From: Blastocystis sp. Blastoise
Lineage: Eukaryota; Protista; Bigyra: Opalinata
Length of the DNA stretch: 64,000 bases
Assembly (NCBI GenBank): GCA_039096225.1
Contig: JBBPEB010000028.1
Location: forward strand, 434,001-498,000
Reading direction: 5' to 3'
Shown here: piece after piece, positions 48,305 through 62,500 of the stretch
Layout of the letters: the number at the start of each line of letters is the position of its first letter
How positions within the stretch are numbered: the first letter of the stretch is position 1
Translations under genes and position numbers: made by a program
Notes under the pieces: model-generated
What the model saw: only the letters and a program-made list of their open reading frames with translations
Database searches by the model: none
What the model was told of the DNA's origin: nothing

Positions 48305-49500
48305 TATATAGAAATAGATAGTAGATATATAGAGAGATAGAAATATATATATATATATATATATACATCATCAGGTTGTTCAAAAGAGTGACACATACCT
48401 CATCAGTTTCTTTATATAAACGAGAGACACATAGGGAGAATACACTATCTTTGTGTTCCATTGTTTCACAATAGGTGAGGATTTCATTTAACATTTTGCA
48501 ACTGACTTTTTGTACACTGACTCCGTCATCTTAAATAGCAGATTGAAGAATAGTCAGATAAAGAGATATATATTTAAGATCCTTCTTAGAGCACGTGTAG
48601 AGCACATGAAGCGTTTTCTCTCGAATCATAATAGATCGGCTTTTCATTCCTTTGCACAGAATATCCAGCACAGGTTTATATCGAATAACCTGAGGATTAT
48701 ACTCAATAATCGTGGTTATAGCTGTATAAATGGCAGCTTGTGTTCGAATCCCGTGGGACTGTGAACATTCGACGAGTTTATTAAGATAGAGAGGGAGTGA
48801 TGTGAATAGAGGAGAAAGAGAGAGAATAGAGAGAGTGAGAGAAGACAAGGAAGGAAGAGAGGGAAGAGGCATCTATATATATATATATATATATGAATGA
48901 AGATTTCCATAAAGATATATATAATTTACTTTATGTTTCTTAAATAACCGCGGGACTAGCTCTTGTTTCTTAACCCATGTATGCTTTTGAGAGAGCCATG
49001 TATATATATAGAACTAGAAATAATAAGAATATAATTAATATATATATATACTTGTCGAGCATGATAAAATGTATTAAATTGATATAATGAAATATCATTG
49101 TTTTCTTCATTCCCATGGAGATTATTCATATTTAAATAAGGAAGAGTATAATTATCAAGGGAATTCGATGATTGTGGTTGTTGGGAATTCTTAGAACTTG
49201 AAAGTAATAGAAAAGTCACGTGATTGAGGAGAAGCTGTTTCTGATCACGTGATGGAGGAATATCTATATATTATTATTATTATTAATAAATATATACCTT
49301 CCTGTTGGTTATCCGATTGATTCCATTCCACACGATTCTCCATCTATATATATATATATATACTTGTAGAGCCATCTTACAATCTTCGCAGTACCACGGC
49401 TTATCTTGAATGGACGAGTACGTGTACAGAGAGGGATCTAAACCAACGCACACACAATGAAACCAACGATGACAACGGTCACAATCTAACATACTACCTA
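46990..49500 (-). pseudogene. SCC2: Truncated, disrupted Scc2/NIPBL (cohesin loader) fragment with PHD finger
   Basis: PHD CDRCHRWFHCVCVG...WYCEDC, then HARQFYIYTW, SPLFTSLPLYLNKL, SIMIREKTL and DDGVSVQK, collinear with NIPBL HEAT repeats. In-frame TAA at 48531-48533, apparent frameshift near 47300, and N- and C-terminal parts absent. Confidence 0.7.
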
Positions 49501-49844
49501 TATATATATATATATACCAATTATCGTATCCAAATAAAAGAATAATAAAATGAATACTTTCAATAATTATTTGAAGAAGTTGAATAGATATCGTAAAAGA
49601 ATGAGAAGAGAAAGGAAAATTTTTGAATCAGAAAACTATAAAATACGAAAAGATTAATTATCTAAAAAATCAATACAATAACAAAGAAATAGTGATGTAT
49701 ATCAATAAAACAAAATATATTACGATTAAAAAGTCTGATTATTTGGTAAAGAAGAAATACTAATAAATTGTAATATCTTGTAAACATAAATGATAGCATA
49801 ATCATATAGAAAAATGTATCCCAAAATATAACATTTTTATAATA

Positions 49845-50751
49845 AGAAAAACATGTAATAGATAAAAAAATATAAAATATAAATAAAAATGTGGTAATAG
49901 AAAAACATATCATAGATAAAAAAATATAAAATATAAATAAAAATGTGGTAATAGAAAAACATATAATAGATAAAAAAATATAAAATATAAATAAAAATGT
50001 AGTAATAGAAAAACATATAATAGATAAAAAAATATAAAATATAAATAAAAATGTAGTAATAGAAAAACATATAATAGATAAAAAAATATAAAATATAAAT
50101 AAAAATGTAGTAATAGAAAAACATATAATAGATAAAAAAATATAAAATATAAATAAAAATGTAGTAATAGAAAAACATATAATAGATAAAAAAATATAAA
50201 ATATAAATAAAAACGTGGTAATAGAAAAACATATAATAGATAAAAAAATATAAAATATAAATAAAAATGTAGTAATAGAAAAACATATAATAGATAAAAA
50301 AATATAAAATATAAATAAAAATGTAGTAATAGAAAAACATATAATAGATAAAAAAATATAAAATATAAATAAAAACGTGGTAATAGAAAAACATATAATA
50401 GATAAAAAAATATAAAATATAAATAAAAATGTAGTAATAGAAAAACATATAATAGATAAAAAAATATAAAATATAAATAAAAATGTAGTAATAGAAAAAC
50501 ATATAATAGATAAAAAAATATAAAATATAAATAAAAATGTAGTAATAGAAAAACATATAATAGATAAAAAAATATAAAATATAAATAAAAATGTAGTAAT
50601 AGAAAAACATATAATAGATAAAAAAATATAAAATATAAATAAAAATGTAGTAATAGAAAAACATATAATAGATAAAAAAATATAAAATATAAATAAAAAT
50701 GTAGTAATAGAAAAACATATAATAGATAAAAAAATATAAAATATAAATAAA
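49845..50751. repeat. 54-bp minisatellite, about 17 near-identical copies
   Basis: Unit AAAAACATATAATAGATAAAAAAATATAAAATATAAATAAAAATGTAGTAATAG with period 54 (e.g. 49943 to 49997). Variants ATGTGG and ACGTGG. Confidence 0.95.
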
Positions 50752-53700
50752 ATATTGTATTTCTTTATAAATTCACAAATAAATAGTCATTTTTTGATAA
50801 ATTAGAGTATGATGAAAATAATGTTGAAATGGAAGACAATGTTTTGATTAACTAAAACTATATATATAAAGAGATTAGTAATAGGTTAAAGAAATATAAC
50901 AACACTGCTAATATCTATTATTTGACGTATATACTATTAAAAAAGGCTCAATAAAAAATAAATAAAAATAATATAATTACCAGGATATATATAAATCAGT
51001 TTAAAAGGTGATTTTCGATTCTTGTATAATAAAAGAATAAAGAAATACGAGAAGGTGAGGCTTTAAGATTTTATACAATAATAAGACATGAAAACAAGCA
51101 ACAATATCTATTAACAAAAAATAATCGCCTATATACAAACAATAATATAAGTAAATAATGATGAATAAAAATAATATTAATATATGAAAGAATAATGTTT
51201 TTTAGGATGATCAAAACGTAAATGTCATATATCTCATATGAGCAATAGAGATATCTCATAAACGTGGGGAAAAAAATGAATAGGAATATATAAAAAGAAA
51301 GTAATAATACATTAAGAAAATTTTTGTAATAGAATAACATAAAATAAATAATGAAAAATATATAATTGAATACAATACTAATAAATACATTTGATACTAT
51401 TTGATATAATTCTTTAGTCAAATATCAAGTATTATAGTATAATATAAATAAATAACATATATTTTATATATATTTACATGATTTGTAAATAACGCCATAT
51501 TTGATATACAACTATTAGAAGAATTAGATCCATTTTTGGAAGAAAATTTATAAAAGAAATGAATAAAAGTATGAATAGTTAATCACTTTTGAGAATACAC
51601 ATAGATTTTAGATTTTTGGAGTATACTATACAATAATTATAGAATTATGATTATATATAATATGTAAGAAATACTATTTTTCTGAATGATGCAAATCTCT
51701 ATTAGAGAATAATTAGACTAGCATATGAATAGTAATATAAAATACTTGAAAAAAAATGAATGTATTAATCCTATTGAGATATAAGATAAGATAACCAAAG
51801 ATGATAATTATTGCATACAATTGTTATAAAATCATTGAATATTACAATTGTTCTACATATATAGCTTGCAGCTTCATTATCCTCCTATATATAAAAAGAA
51901 AGAAATAATTTTTTGTATTAAAAGGAAAACTATTGAAAAAAACGAACATTAATATCCTTAATTTAGTTCATGTAGCGTACGGTGTCTCACAGACTTTCAC
52001 TATTCTTGACTTTGTTATTAACTTTTATAAAATAAAAATAACATCATAAAATCCGGAACACAATTCTGAAAATGACTGTTAAAGAAATTTTTCAAAAACT
52101 CTAAATTTCTGGCTAAAAATCGCAAAAAACCATTTTCGCACAAAATTTTAACCAAAATTATTGGATTATTTTTATTTTATCCAATATTTTTCATTTTTAT
52201 AAAAACACTTATTTTTCCATTTTCATTTTTTATTGTTTTCTTATTTTTCCTATATCACTTCACATACTCTATATTTATTTTTATAAAATTGACTTTTATT
52301 GACGGGTTAGTCTTATAAATAGTTTTGACGGGTAAATTTGTTTATATTTACAACTTGACAACATATCAATACACACATCACTAACTATAAACTCTAAAAT
52401 GGTTTCAGTTGTTATGATACTGACCTCAACTACTCTGAAACCACAATAATTCCTTTAAATAACAACAAAAGTCAAACTGATATCCGACACATTCCTTCTT
52501 TATAAATTTATTTGAGCTTTAATGTATTTATTTAACTCTGTATCCGTCATAAATATGTTTTATATTTTAATAATATGTTTTAATAAGAAAATATTTGATA
52601 ATAGAAATTTTGATGTTTTGATAGTATAGTTTGTTATTCGTCTTTCTCCTTGAGTTTTGGGTATTTTTTAAAAATAAAAGTATAATTATAATTAAGATAA
52701 GCTATTGCAGATACATATTTTTTATTTTATCTAAATATTTAATATTGACTGAGAAACATTCATTTATATGAAAAACATAAAAATGAAAATTTTCAAAAAA
52801 GGGTATAGTTTGTTATTGTGATTTCTCAATCAATTCTTAATAAAATAAAAAAGTTAGAACATATTTAGAAACTAGACATGTCATAGCAGATACATATTTT
52901 TCATTTTTTTAATTAATTGAAAACTCAGGTGACAAGAGTCAATAGTTGAACTCAATAAAAAATGACTTTCAAAAAATTTTCTTAAAAAGTTTTCATTTGT
53001 TTTTTGTTTATATTTTCATCATTAACAATTTTATTTGACATTAGACTTTATATTTAAAAACTATATATCAAAATAAACATATTTTATAATTTTATTTTGT
53101 TTTTAAAAGACTGTGACAACAGATCACCAGACAATGTTAACTCAATAAACTCTTAAAACGTTTTAATTAGTGTTTAGAATCATTCATGGACACTGAATAT
53201 GATTTATTTGAAAAAGTTAGGACAACATGTTGAACTGATACAGACAATGTTTGTTCTAAAAAGTAAGTTATCAGTCTTACTAAGTTGTAAATATCATAAA
53301 TATGCTTTAAATAAATAAATATGCTTTTAATTATCTTTAATTAGTGAAATAAGTCGTTTAAAAAGAAGAAAGCATTTTGGATACTATAGTTTATTTTGAC
53401 AATTTCTCCATCAATATTAATTTTTAAAAAATAAATAAAACTTATATATAAACTAGACAACCTATAGTTTATATATTTATAAAAATATTATCAAAATATT
53501 AAATAACTTTTGAGATAAAAAATTATATATGCAAAACATAAAAAAATTAATTTTTGAAAAAAGGGTATACTTTATAACATTAATTTCTCAGTCAATATTT
53601 AATTATTTAATATAATTTTAGCAAATAAATATAGAGAATAACACATATTAATAATATAAATTTTAACATTTAAAATTAATTAAGAAATGAGTTCAGTAGA

Positions 53701-56464
53701 GTCAATAGTATAACATGTTAAAAAACTGAAAATTGAAAAATCATTTTTCTAAAAATTTTCCGAAAGTTGACAAATCAAATTCATATTTGACAATTAATTT
53801 TTACATATTTGAAAACTAGACATTATATGTATTGCATTTCTCAAAAAATTAGTCAAAAATAAGTTAGACGAGTGTATGAGTATATGCACATGTTGACTCA
53901 TAATTTTGAAAAAAGTAGTTAAATATGTCCTAAACCACATATCAAAGCAATTCTATAAATATTATCACTTTATAATGAGTTTAAAGGATAAAATAATTTT
54001 GAATTGTCTGTTTGACTGTCTTAAGTGAAGAGATTCAATACACTTTTTATAAAAATGAGTATTAGAGTGTTTAATGTTTATAATAATAAAAGAATTGTTT
54101 GAAATAAAGGTGGTTGTGTGTTTGACCAAAATGTTAAAATGAGTCTATTTTTCTAAAATGGTTACAATAAGTATATATTGAGTGTTTTTAGAGTATTTTA
54201 TATTAAAATCTACAATAAATAAACATTTTAAGTTGTTCAAAAAATTATTTTTTTAGAATTACAATAGTTAAGTCAAGAGATTCAAGTCACTTTTTATAAT
54301 AATAATAAATAGACTTATTATAGAATATAAAATATTAAAAATTAGTTTAATTAAACATGGTTGACTGTTTGATAGGAGTGTTAAAATGGGTAAAAAGATT
54401 TTAATTGTTTCTAAAACTGTATAATACGTTTTTATGTCACTAAATACAAAATTATTATTGTTTAAAGAATGTTTTTTGTCTTTCAAAAGAACTCATTCTT
54501 TGTAATTGTGACTTAAAACAAAAGAGATTCAAGTTATTTTTTACAAATTAAAATAATAAATTAAATATATATGTATATTAATATAAAATTCGTTTTAATA
54601 AAAGTGGATATGTGTATTTAAAAACGTTAAAATCTTTTAGAGTTTTTTAAAAATAACTTATTTGTTTTATAAACTATATTTTATGTATAATAGGTAAAGT
54701 TTCCAAAGTATTTAAATCTATTTAGTTATGAAATGGAATGTAATTTTTGGTTTATATTTAGTTTTTCGTTTCATTTAATGAAATGATTTTGATAACACTA
54801 TAAAAATTGAATTAAACTTGAATTAATTAATTTTAAATAATGAAAAGATAATTTCTCTATAAATATTCTCTTTTACTTAAAACGAATAGATTCTATTAAT
54901 GATAAATATTAAAATAAGACTCTAATTTTTTTGTTTATTATATAAAGTAATAAATATCTTTTAATTATTAAGAGTACTTTTGTATTAATAATTCAAACTA
55001 AAATAAGTATAATAAAAGAAAAATTATAATATTTATCAAATAATATCAAGATATGATTACTATTTATATAATTAAACATTTATTAATTGAGAAAAGCTGT
55101 ATAATAAAATTTCTAAAATATTTATATAATAGTATATATAAAAGGAAAGGATAAAATATAAAAAAACAAATAGATATCAAAATTATTAATATCCTTAATT
55201 TAGTTCATGTAGCGTACGGTGTCTCACACACTTTCACTATTATTGACTTTGTTATTAACTTTTATAAAATAAAAATAACATCATAAAAACCGGAACACAA
55301 TTCTAAAAATGACTGTTAAAGAAAATTTTCAAAAATTCTAAATTTCTGGCTAAAAAACGCAAAAAACCATTTTCGCACAAAATTTTAACCAAAATTATTG
55401 GATTATTTTTATTTTATCCAATATTTTTCATTTTTATAAAAACACTTATTTTTCGTTTTTCATTTTTTATTGTTTTCTTATTTTTCCTATATCTATTCAC
55501 ATACTCTATATTTATTTTTATAAAATTGACTTTTATTGACGGGTTGGTCTTATAAATAGTTTTGACGGGTAAATTTGTTTATATTAAGAACTTGACAACA
55601 TATCAATACACAGATCACTAACTTTAAACTCTAAAATGACTACATTCGTAATGTAAATGACTTTAACTACTCTAAAACAACAATAATCCCTTTAAATAAC
55701 GACAAAAGACAAACTGATATCCGACACATTCCTTCTTTATAAACTTATTTGAGTTTATTCAAGTTATTTAGAATCAATACATGTCATAAGTATATCTTTT
55801 AGTTGTTTAAAAAGTTTTAATAAGAAAATATTTGATAATAGAAATTTTGATGTTTTGATAGTATAGTTTGTTATTCGTCTTTCTCCTTGAGTTTTGGGTA
55901 TTTTTTAAAAATAAAAGTATAATTATAATTAAGATAAGCTATTGCAGATACATATTTTTTATTTTATCTAAATATATAATATTGACTGAGAAACATTCAT
56001 TTATATGAAAAACATAAAAATGAAAATTTTCAAAAAAGGGTATAGTTTGTTATTGTGATTTCTCAATCAATTCTTAATAAAATAAAAAAGTTTAAACATA
56101 TTTAGAAACTAGACATGTCATAGCAGATACATATTTTTCATTTTTTTAATTAATTGAAAACTCAGGTGACAAGAGTCAATAGTTGAACTCAATAAAAAAT
56201 GACTTTCAAAAAATTTTCTTAAAAAGTTTTCATTTGTTTTTTGTTTATATTTTCATCATTAACAATTTTATTTGACATTTGACACTATATTTAAAAACTA
56301 CATACCAAAATAAACATATTTTACAATTTTATTTTGTTTTTAAAAGACTTTGACAACAGATCACCAGACAATGTTAACTCAATAAACTCTTAAAACGTTT
56401 AGATTAGTGTTTAGAATCATTTATGGACACTGAATATGACTTATTTGAAAAAATTAAGACAACA

Positions 56465-56501
56465 CAAGCGTTTCACGACTGGCTACGCCAGCCTACGCTT
56501 G
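56465..56501 (-). terminator. 3' subterminal hairpin of the Helitron-like element (putative rolling-circle termination signal)
   Basis: CTGGC-TAC-GCCAG at 56479-56491, nested within CAAGCGT (56465-56471) / ACGCTTG (56495-56501). It lies 14 nt from the CTTG end. Confidence 0.7.
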
Positions 56502-59500
56502 AATCTAAATAAAAATAAAAAAAATTTTGTAAAAAAAATATCTTTTCATTATTTTAAATTAATAGTTCATAATAAATTCAAATTTAATAATATTATTAAC
56601 AACCATTTAATTAAATAAAAACTAAGAATTAAAATATAAAACGAAGATTACACTACATTTCATAACTAAATATGTTTAAATACTTTAAAAACGTTTATTA
56701 TTGTACATAAAATATAGTCTATACAATAAATAAGTTATTATAAAAAAACTCTAAAAAACTTTAACATTTTGAAATACACATATCTACTTTTATTAAAATT
56801 AATTTTATGCTAATATATACATATATTTAATTTATTATTTTAATTTGTAAAAAATAACTTGAATTTCATTTATTTAAAGTCACAATTACAAAAAATGAGT
56901 TCTTTTGAAAGACAAAAAACATTCTTTAAACTATAATATTTTTGTATTTAGTGACAAAAAAACGTATTATACTGTTTTAGAAACAATTAAAATCTTTTTA
57001 CCCATTTTAACATTCCTATCAAACAGTCAACCACATTTAATTAGACTAATTTTTAATATTCTATATTCTATTATGACTCTATTTTTTATTATTATAAAAA
57101 GTGACTTGAATCTCTTGACTTAACTATTGTAATTCTAAAGAATCAAATTTTTAAACAACTTAAAATGTTTATTTATTGTAGATTTTAATATAAAACAATT
57201 TAAAAACACTCTATACATACTTATTACAACCATTTTTTAAAAATAGACTCATTTTAACATTTTGGTCAAACACACAACCACCTTTATTTCAAACAATTCT
57301 TTAATTATTATAAACATTAAACACTCTAATACTCATTTTTACAAAAAGTGTATTGAATCTCTTAACTTAAGACAGTCAAACAGACAATTCAAAATTATTT
57401 TACCCTTTAAACTCATTATAAAGTGATAATATTTTCAGAATTGCCCTAATATGTGATTTAGGACACATCGAACTACTTTTTTCAAAATTATGAGTCAACA
57501 TGTGCATATACTCATACACTCGTCAAACTCAATTTTGACTATTTTTTAGAGATATGCAATACATATAAGGTCTAGTTATCAAATATGTAAAAATTAATTG
57601 TCAAATATGAATTTGATTTGTCAACTTTCGGAAAATTTTTAGAAAAACGATTTTTCAATTTTCAGTTTTTTAACATGTTATACTATTGACTCTACTGAAC
57701 TCATTTCTTAATTAATTTTAAATGTTAAAATTTATATCGTTAATATATTTTATTCTCTATATTAATTTATTAAAATTATTAAATATAATTAAATATTGAC
57801 TGAGAAATTAATGTTATAAAGTATACCCTTTTTCCAAAAATTAATTTTTTTATGTTTTGCATATATAATTTTTTATCTCAAAAGTTATTTTATATTTAGA
57901 TAAAATTTTTATAAATATATATACTATAGGTTGTCTAGTTTATAAATAAGTTTTATTTATTTTTTAAAAATAAATATTGATGGAAAAATTGTCAAAATAA
58001 ATTTTAGTCTCAAAAACATTTTCTTTTTTTAAACGACTTATTTCACTAATTAAAGACAATTAAAAACAAATTTATTTATTTAAAGCTTATTTATGACATA
58101 TACAACTCATAATGACTCATAACTGACTTTTTAAAGCAAACATTGTCAGTATCAGTTCAACATGTTGTCTTAATTTTTTCAAATAAGTCATATTCAGTGT
58201 CCATAAATGATTCTAAACACTAATCTAAACGTTTTAAGAGTTTATTGAGTTAACATTGTCTGGTGATCTGTTGTCAAAGTCTTTTAAAAACAAAATAAAA
58301 TTGTAAAATATGTTTATTTTGGTATGTAGTTTTTAAATATAGTGTCAAATGTCAAATAAAATTGTTAATGATGAAAATATAAACAAAAAACAAATGAAAA
58401 CTTTTTAAGAAAATTTTTTGAAAGTCATTTTTTATTGAGTTCAACTATTGACTCTTGTCACCTGAGTTTTCAATTAATTAAAAAAATGAAAAATATGTAT
58501 CTGCTATGACATGTCTAGTTTCTAAATATGTTTAAACTTTTTTATTTTATTAAGAATTGATTGAGAAATCACAATAACAAACTATACCCTTTTTTGAAAA
58601 TTTTCATTTTTATGTTTTTCATATAAATGAATGTTTCTCAGTCAATATTATATATTTAGATAAAATAAAAAATATGTATCTGCAATAGCTTATCTTAATT
58701 ATAATTATACTTTTATTTTTAAAAAATACCCAAAACTCAAGGAGAAAGACGAATAACAAACTATACTATCAAAACATCAAAATTTCTATTATCAAATATT
58801 TTCTTATTAAAACTTTTTAAACAACTAAAAGATATACTTATGACATGTATTGATTCTAAATAACTTGAATAAACTCAAATAAGTTTATAAAGAAGGAATG
58901 TGTCGGATATCAGTTTGTCTTTTGTCGTTATTTAAAGGGATTATTGTTGTTTTAGAGTAGTTAAAGTCATTTACATTACGAATGTAGTCATTTTAGAGTT
59001 TAAAGTTAGTGATCTGTGTATTGATATGTTGTCAAGTTCTTAATATAAACAAATTTACCCGTCAAAACTATTTATAAGACCAACCCGTCAATAAAAGTCA
59101 ATTTTATAAAAATAAATATAGAGTATGTGAATAGATATAGGAAAAATAAGAAAACAATAAAAAATGAAAAACGAAAAATAAGTGTTTTTATAAAAATGAA
59201 AAATATTGGATAAAATAAAAATAATCCAATAATTTTGGTTAAAATTTTGTGCGAAAATGGTTTTTTGCGTTTTTTAGCCAGAAATTTAGAATTTTTGAAA
59301 ATTTTCTTTAACAGTCATTTTTAGAATTGTGTTCCGGTTTTTATGATGTTATTTTTATTTTATAAAAGTTAATAACAAAGTCAATAATAGTGAAAGTGTG
59401 TGAGACACCGTACGCTACATGAACTAAATTAAGGATATTAATAATTTTGATATCTATTTGTTTTTTTATATTTTATCCTTTCCTTTTATATATACTATTA

Positions 59501-62500
59501 TATAAATATTTTAGAAATTTTATTATACAGCTTTTCTCAATTAATAAATGTTTAATTATATAAATAGTAATCATATCTTGATATTATTTGATAAATATTA
59601 TAATTTTTCTTTTATTATACTTATTTTAGTTTGAATTATTAATACAAAAGTACTCTTAATAATTAAAAGATATTTATTACTTTATATAATAAACAAAAAA
59701 ATTAGAGTCTTATTTTAATATTTATCATTAATAGAATCTATTCGTTTTAAGTAAAAGAGAATATTTATAGAGAAATTATCTTTTCATTATTTAAAATTAA
59801 TTAATTCAAGTTTAATTCAATTTTTATAGTGTTATCAAAATCATTTCATTAAATGAAACGAAAAACTAAATATAAACCAAAAATTACATTCCATTTCATA
59901 ACTAAATAGATTTAAATACTTTGGAAACTTTACCTATTATACATAAAATATAGTTTATAAAACAAATAAGTTATTTTTAAAAAACTCTAAAAGATTTTAA
60001 CGTTTTTAAATACACATATCCACTTTTATTAAAACGAATTTTATATTAATATACATATATATTTAATTTATTATTTTAATTTGTAAAAAATAACTTGAAT
60101 CTCTTTTGTTTTAAGTCACAATTACAAAGAATGAGTTCTTTTGAAAGACAAAAAACATTCTTTAAACAATAATAATTTTGTATTTAGTGACATAAAAACG
60201 TATTATACAGTTTTAGAAACAATTAAAATCTTTTTACCCATTTTAACACTCCTATCAAACAGTCAACCATGTTTAATTAAACTAATTTTTAATATTTTAT
60301 ATTCTATAATAAGTCTATTTATTATTATTATAAAAAGTGACTTGAATCTCTTGACTTAACTATTGTAATTCTAAAAAAATAATTTTTTGAACAACTTAAA
60401 ATGTTTATTTATTGTAGATTTTAATATAAAATACTCTAAAAACACTCAATATATACTTATTGTAACCATTTTAGAAAAATAGACTCATTTTAACATTTTG
60501 GTCAAACACACAACCACCTTTATTTCAAACAATTCTTTTATTATTATAAACATTAAACACTCTAATACTCATTTTTATAAAAAGTGTATTGAATCTCTTC
60601 ACTTAAGACAGTCAAACAGACAATTCAAAATTATTTTATCCTTTAAACTCATTATAAAGTGATAATATTTATAGAATTGCTTTGATATGTGGTTTAGGAC
60701 ATATTTAACTACTTTTTTCAAAATTATGAGTCAACATGTTATATATATATATACACTCGTCTAACTTATTTTTGACTAATTTTTTGAGAAATGCAATACA
60801 TATAATGTCTAGTTTTCAAATATGTAAAAATTAATTGTCAAATATGAATTTGATTTGTCAACTTTCGGAAAATTTTTAGAAAAATGATTTTTCAATTTTC
60901 AGTTTTTTAACATGTTATACTATTGACTCTACTGAACTCATTTCTTAATTAATTTTAAATGTTAAAATTTATATTATTAATATGTGTTATTCTCTATATT
61001 TATTTGCTAAAATTATATTAAATAATTAAATATTGACTGAGAAATTAATGTTATAAAGTATACCCTTTTTTCAAAAATTAATTTTTTTATGTTTTGCATA
61101 TATAATTTTTTATCTCAAAAGTTATTTAATATTTTGATAATATTTTTATAAATATATAAACTATAGGTTGTCTAGTTTATATATAAGTTTTATTTATTTT
61201 TTAAAAATTAATATTGATGGAGAAATTGTCAAAATAAACTATAGTATCCAAAATGCTTTCTTCTTTTTAAACGACTTATTTCACTAATTAAAGATAATTA
61301 AAAGCATATTTATTTATTTAAAGCATATTTATGATATTTACAACTTAGTAAGACTGATAACTTACTTTTTAGAACAAACATTGTCTGTATCAGTTCAACA
61401 TGTTGTCCTAACTTTTTCAAATAAATCATATTCAGTGTCCATGAATGATTCTAAACACTAATTAAAACGTTTTAAGAGTTTATTGAGTTAACATTGTCTG
61501 GTGATCTGTTGTCACAGTCTTTTAAAAACAAAATAAAATTATAAAATATGTTTATTTTGATATATAGTTTTTAAATATAAAGTCTAATGTCAAATAAAAT
61601 TGTTAATGATGAAAATATAAACAAAAAACAAATGAAAACTTTTTAAGAAAATTTTTTGAAAGTCATTTTTTATTGAGTTCAACTATTGACTCTTGTCACC
61701 TGAGTTTTCAATTAATTAAAAAAATGAAAAATATGTATCTGCTATGACATGTCTAGTTTCTAAATATGTTCTAACTTTTTTATTTTATTAAGAATTGATT
61801 GAGAAATCACAATAACAAACTATACCCTTTTTTGAAAATTTTCATTTTTATGTTTTTCATATAAATGAATGTTTCTCAGTCAATATTAAATATTTAGATA
61901 AAATAAAAAATATGTATCTGCAATAGCTTATCTTAATTATAATTATACTTTTATTTTTAAAAAATACCCAAAACTCAAGGAGAAAGACGAATAACAAACT
62001 ATACTATCAAAACATCAAAATTTCTATTATCAAATATTTTCTTATTAAAACATATTATTAAAATATAAAACATATTTATGACGGATACAGAGTTAAATAA
62101 ATACATTAAAGCTCAAATAAATTTATAAAGAAGGAATGTGTCGGATATCAGTTTGACTTTTGTTGTTATTTAAAGGAATTATTGTGGTTTCAGAGTAGTT
62201 GAGGTCAGTATCATAACAACTGAAACCATTTTAGAGTTTATAGTTAGTGATGTGTGTATTGATATGTTGTCAAGTTGTAAATATAAACAAATTTACCCGT
62301 CAAAACTATTTATAAGACTAACCCGTCAATAAAAGTCAATTTTATAAAAATAAATATAGAGTATGTGAAGTGATATAGGAAAAATAAGAAAACAATAAAA
62401 AATGAAAATGGAAAAATAAGTGTTTTTATAAAAATGAAAAATATTGGATAAAATAAAAATAATCCAATAATTTTGGTTAAAATTTTGTGCGAAAATGGTT

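Noticed and set aside
48531-48533. Stop-codon reassignment (TAA as sense) suggested by the in-frame TAA in the Scc2 fragment
   Set aside because: Conserved genes here end in TAA, TAG or TGA at the expected positions and show no internal stops. The fragment has other lesions.
49845-50751. CRISPR-like array
   Set aside because: Contiguous tandem units with no unique spacers, in a eukaryotic context with no cas genes.
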